In this document: positions 62,792 through 64,000 of the stretch, piece by piece
How the letters are laid out: each line of letters starts with the position of its first letter
Position numbering within the stretch: position 1 is the stretch's first letter
Notes under the pieces: generated by a model
What the model was told of the DNA's origin: nothing
Database searches by the model: none
What the model saw: only the letters and a program-made list of their open reading frames with translations
Position numbers and translations under genes: made by a program
Source: Paracoccaceae bacterium
GTDB taxonomy: Bacteria > Pseudomonadota > Alphaproteobacteria > JAPKNN01
Length of the DNA: 64,000 nt
Assembly: GCA_040266715.1 (NCBI GenBank)
Contig: JAPKNN010000011.1
Coordinates: 2,295-66,294 of the forward strand
Direction: 5' to 3'

Positions 62792-64000
62792 ATTAAAAGA
62801 CGCGGTTTGATTGGTTATAGCCTTTTACCTGGCTTAGCGGCGTGTTCGAGTTCAGTTGATGATTATGGTTTTATAGCTGATGATGCATTATCGGTTCTGT
62901 CGGAACGCGTCATTTCTGTGTCCGATACGGGTGAAACCGAAATGAACATCAATACAGATGATATGATGACGTCTAATAACGTCGTCATTGAGGTCTTAGA
63001 AGTCCCCGATTTAGCAAAAGGATATATAAAAAAGGAATCGGGTGAAGCATTGATTGTGGGCTCAAATCTTACGGTAAATGATTTAGGTAATCTTATATTT
63101 GTGCCTATGGCGGGATATAATAGTTCAGAAGTTCTGTATTTAAAATATGTCGTGTATGAGTATCATGCGGGTGATACGTCAATGGCTGCGCCGAAATCTA
63201 CGACTGAGGTCGTTGTGGCTTTAACCTCTGAGAATAATGTCAATACCATTAATGTAGAAAATCTTGTGGCAATTGATGAAGGGGCCCCAAGTCAAACAAA
63301 AATTGCAGATATTGAAATCATTGATGTGAGGAGTAATGAAATTTTTTCCTATAGCATTGATGATACACGCTTTGTTATTGAGAATAACGAACTTAAAACT
63401 TCGGGAGCAGGGGTTTTAGACTTTGAGACAGAGCAAACGATTCGCATTACAATTATTGCAACAAGTAATTTGGGTCGTAGTTTTGCCAAAGAATTGACGA
63501 TAAGCCTCAATGATATAAATGAAATCCCTTCTGCTATCGATTTTACCTATGATTCACTATACACGGACAATACAATTCCTGAAGGTCAAGCGGGCATTTA
63601 TGTTGGTACATTAAGTGCGCAGGATGTAGATAGTCAAGAAAATCACACCTTTATTTTAAACAATTTTACAACAGTTTTTGAGATACAAAATAATAGGCTT
63701 AAATTACGTGATGGCGTTAGTCTGAATTATGATGACGATACGTATTATAGCCTTTCAATTACTGTAAAAGATAAGGGAAATCTGCAAATAACGCGTTTTA
63801 TACGTATAGATGTAGAAGATATTGTGCAAAACATCGTTTTTACACAAACGACAATCACAATTACAATTGACGAAAATATTGTCCAGACGGGTTATGTACC
63901 CGATGTCAATTATGACAGTAATTATGCTGTATCCTATCAATTGTTGCAAAACAATCATTATCTTTTATTTAATTTTGATACAGACACACGCACATTGTCA
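62792..64000 (+). CDS. Cadherin-like-repeat surface lipoprotein, 3'-partial (runs off the window). Start is non-canonical or ambiguous; the frame is open from 62642.
   Basis: Hand translation of the frame 62642->64000 shows no stop. It encodes a lipoprotein-type signal KRRGLIGYSLLPGLAAC (lipobox LAAC) at 62795-62845. The first in-frame ATG is 62942; candidate starts are ATT 62792 or TTG 62807. Cadherin-repeat signatures include LDFETEQTIRITIIATSNLGRSFAKELTISLNDINEIPS and NYDDDTYYSLSITVKDKGNLQITRFIRIDVEDI. Not in the ORF track because it lacks a stop within the window. Confidence 0.6.
   Translation, partial: MKRRGLIGYSLLPGLAACSSSVDDYGFIADDALSVLSERVISVSDTGETEMNINTDDMMTSNNVVIEVLEVPDLAKGYIKKESGEALIVGSNLTVNDLGNLIFVPMAGYNSSEVLYLKYVVYEYHAGDTSMAAPKSTTEVVVALTSENNVNTINVENLVAIDEGAPSQTKIADIEIIDVRSNEIFSYSIDDTRFVIENNELKTSGAGVLDFETEQTIRITIIATSNLGRSFAKELTISLNDINEIPSAIDFTYDSLYTDNTIPEGQAGIYVGTLSAQDVDSQENHTFILNNFTTVFEIQNNRLKLRDGVSLNYDDDTYYSLSITVKDKGNLQITRFIRIDVEDIVQNIVFTQTTITITIDENIVQTGYVPDVNYDSNYAVSYQLLQNNHYLLFNFDTDTRTLS

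Noticed and set aside
63755-63958. 67-aa minus-strand ORF at the window end
   Set aside because: It lies antisense within the long cadherin-repeat frame. The sense frame has strong domain signatures.
1-64000. CRISPR arrays, rRNA, RNase P / SRP / tmRNA, transposases
   Set aside because: No spacer-repeat arrays, no IS-like inverted repeats or transposase motifs, and no conserved ncRNA cores (for example RNase P GGAAAGTCCGG, tmRNA T-arm) were recognized by eye. tRNA-Cys is the only element carrying the tRNA T-loop core ttcgattcc.

Overview
Low-GC (about 35-38% by eye) chromosomal segment with alphaproteobacterial / Rhizobiales-type housekeeping synteny. Conserved blocks include yajC-secD-secF, lipA with a RatA-like SRPBCC gene, alaS-recA, ccmABC(D)G, ihfA with a MerR gene, lysA-argH divergent from tlpA, gshB-yifB, proC, polA, yebC-ruvCAB, pgi, xthA, rpe, clpP, acnA and sufE. 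Two tRNAs are present, tRNA-Cys(GCA) and an elongator-type tRNA-Met/Ile2(CAT). There is no CRISPR array, rRNA, integrase or transposase. The less ordinary content sits at the two window edges and in a few pockets. At the 5' edge is a surface/export module: a partial outer-membrane beta-barrel protein, an ExoP/Wzc-type tyrosine autokinase, and a 1267-aa protein with a possible lipobox, FG-GAP-like repeats, a serralysin (M10) HEXXHXXGXXH + SVMSY core and RTX GGXGXD repeats. At the 3' edge is a cadherin-repeat lipoprotein missing from the ORF track; it has no upstream in-frame ATG, runs off the window, and sits where tol-pal normally follows ruvB. Other pockets are a DUF1326/DUF2182-like cysteine-rich pair fused in an operon behind alaS, a 13-bp x4 microsatellite abutting the rpe start, a 20-bp tandem duplication of the tRNA-Met 3' end followed by a 630-bp repeat-bearing non-coding stretch, and a secreted Pro/Tyr-tailed protein. 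A 50-aa CcmD was also recovered below the ORF-track size cutoff. I found no convincing defence or otherwise novel multi-gene system; most of the window is core metabolism and DNA repair.
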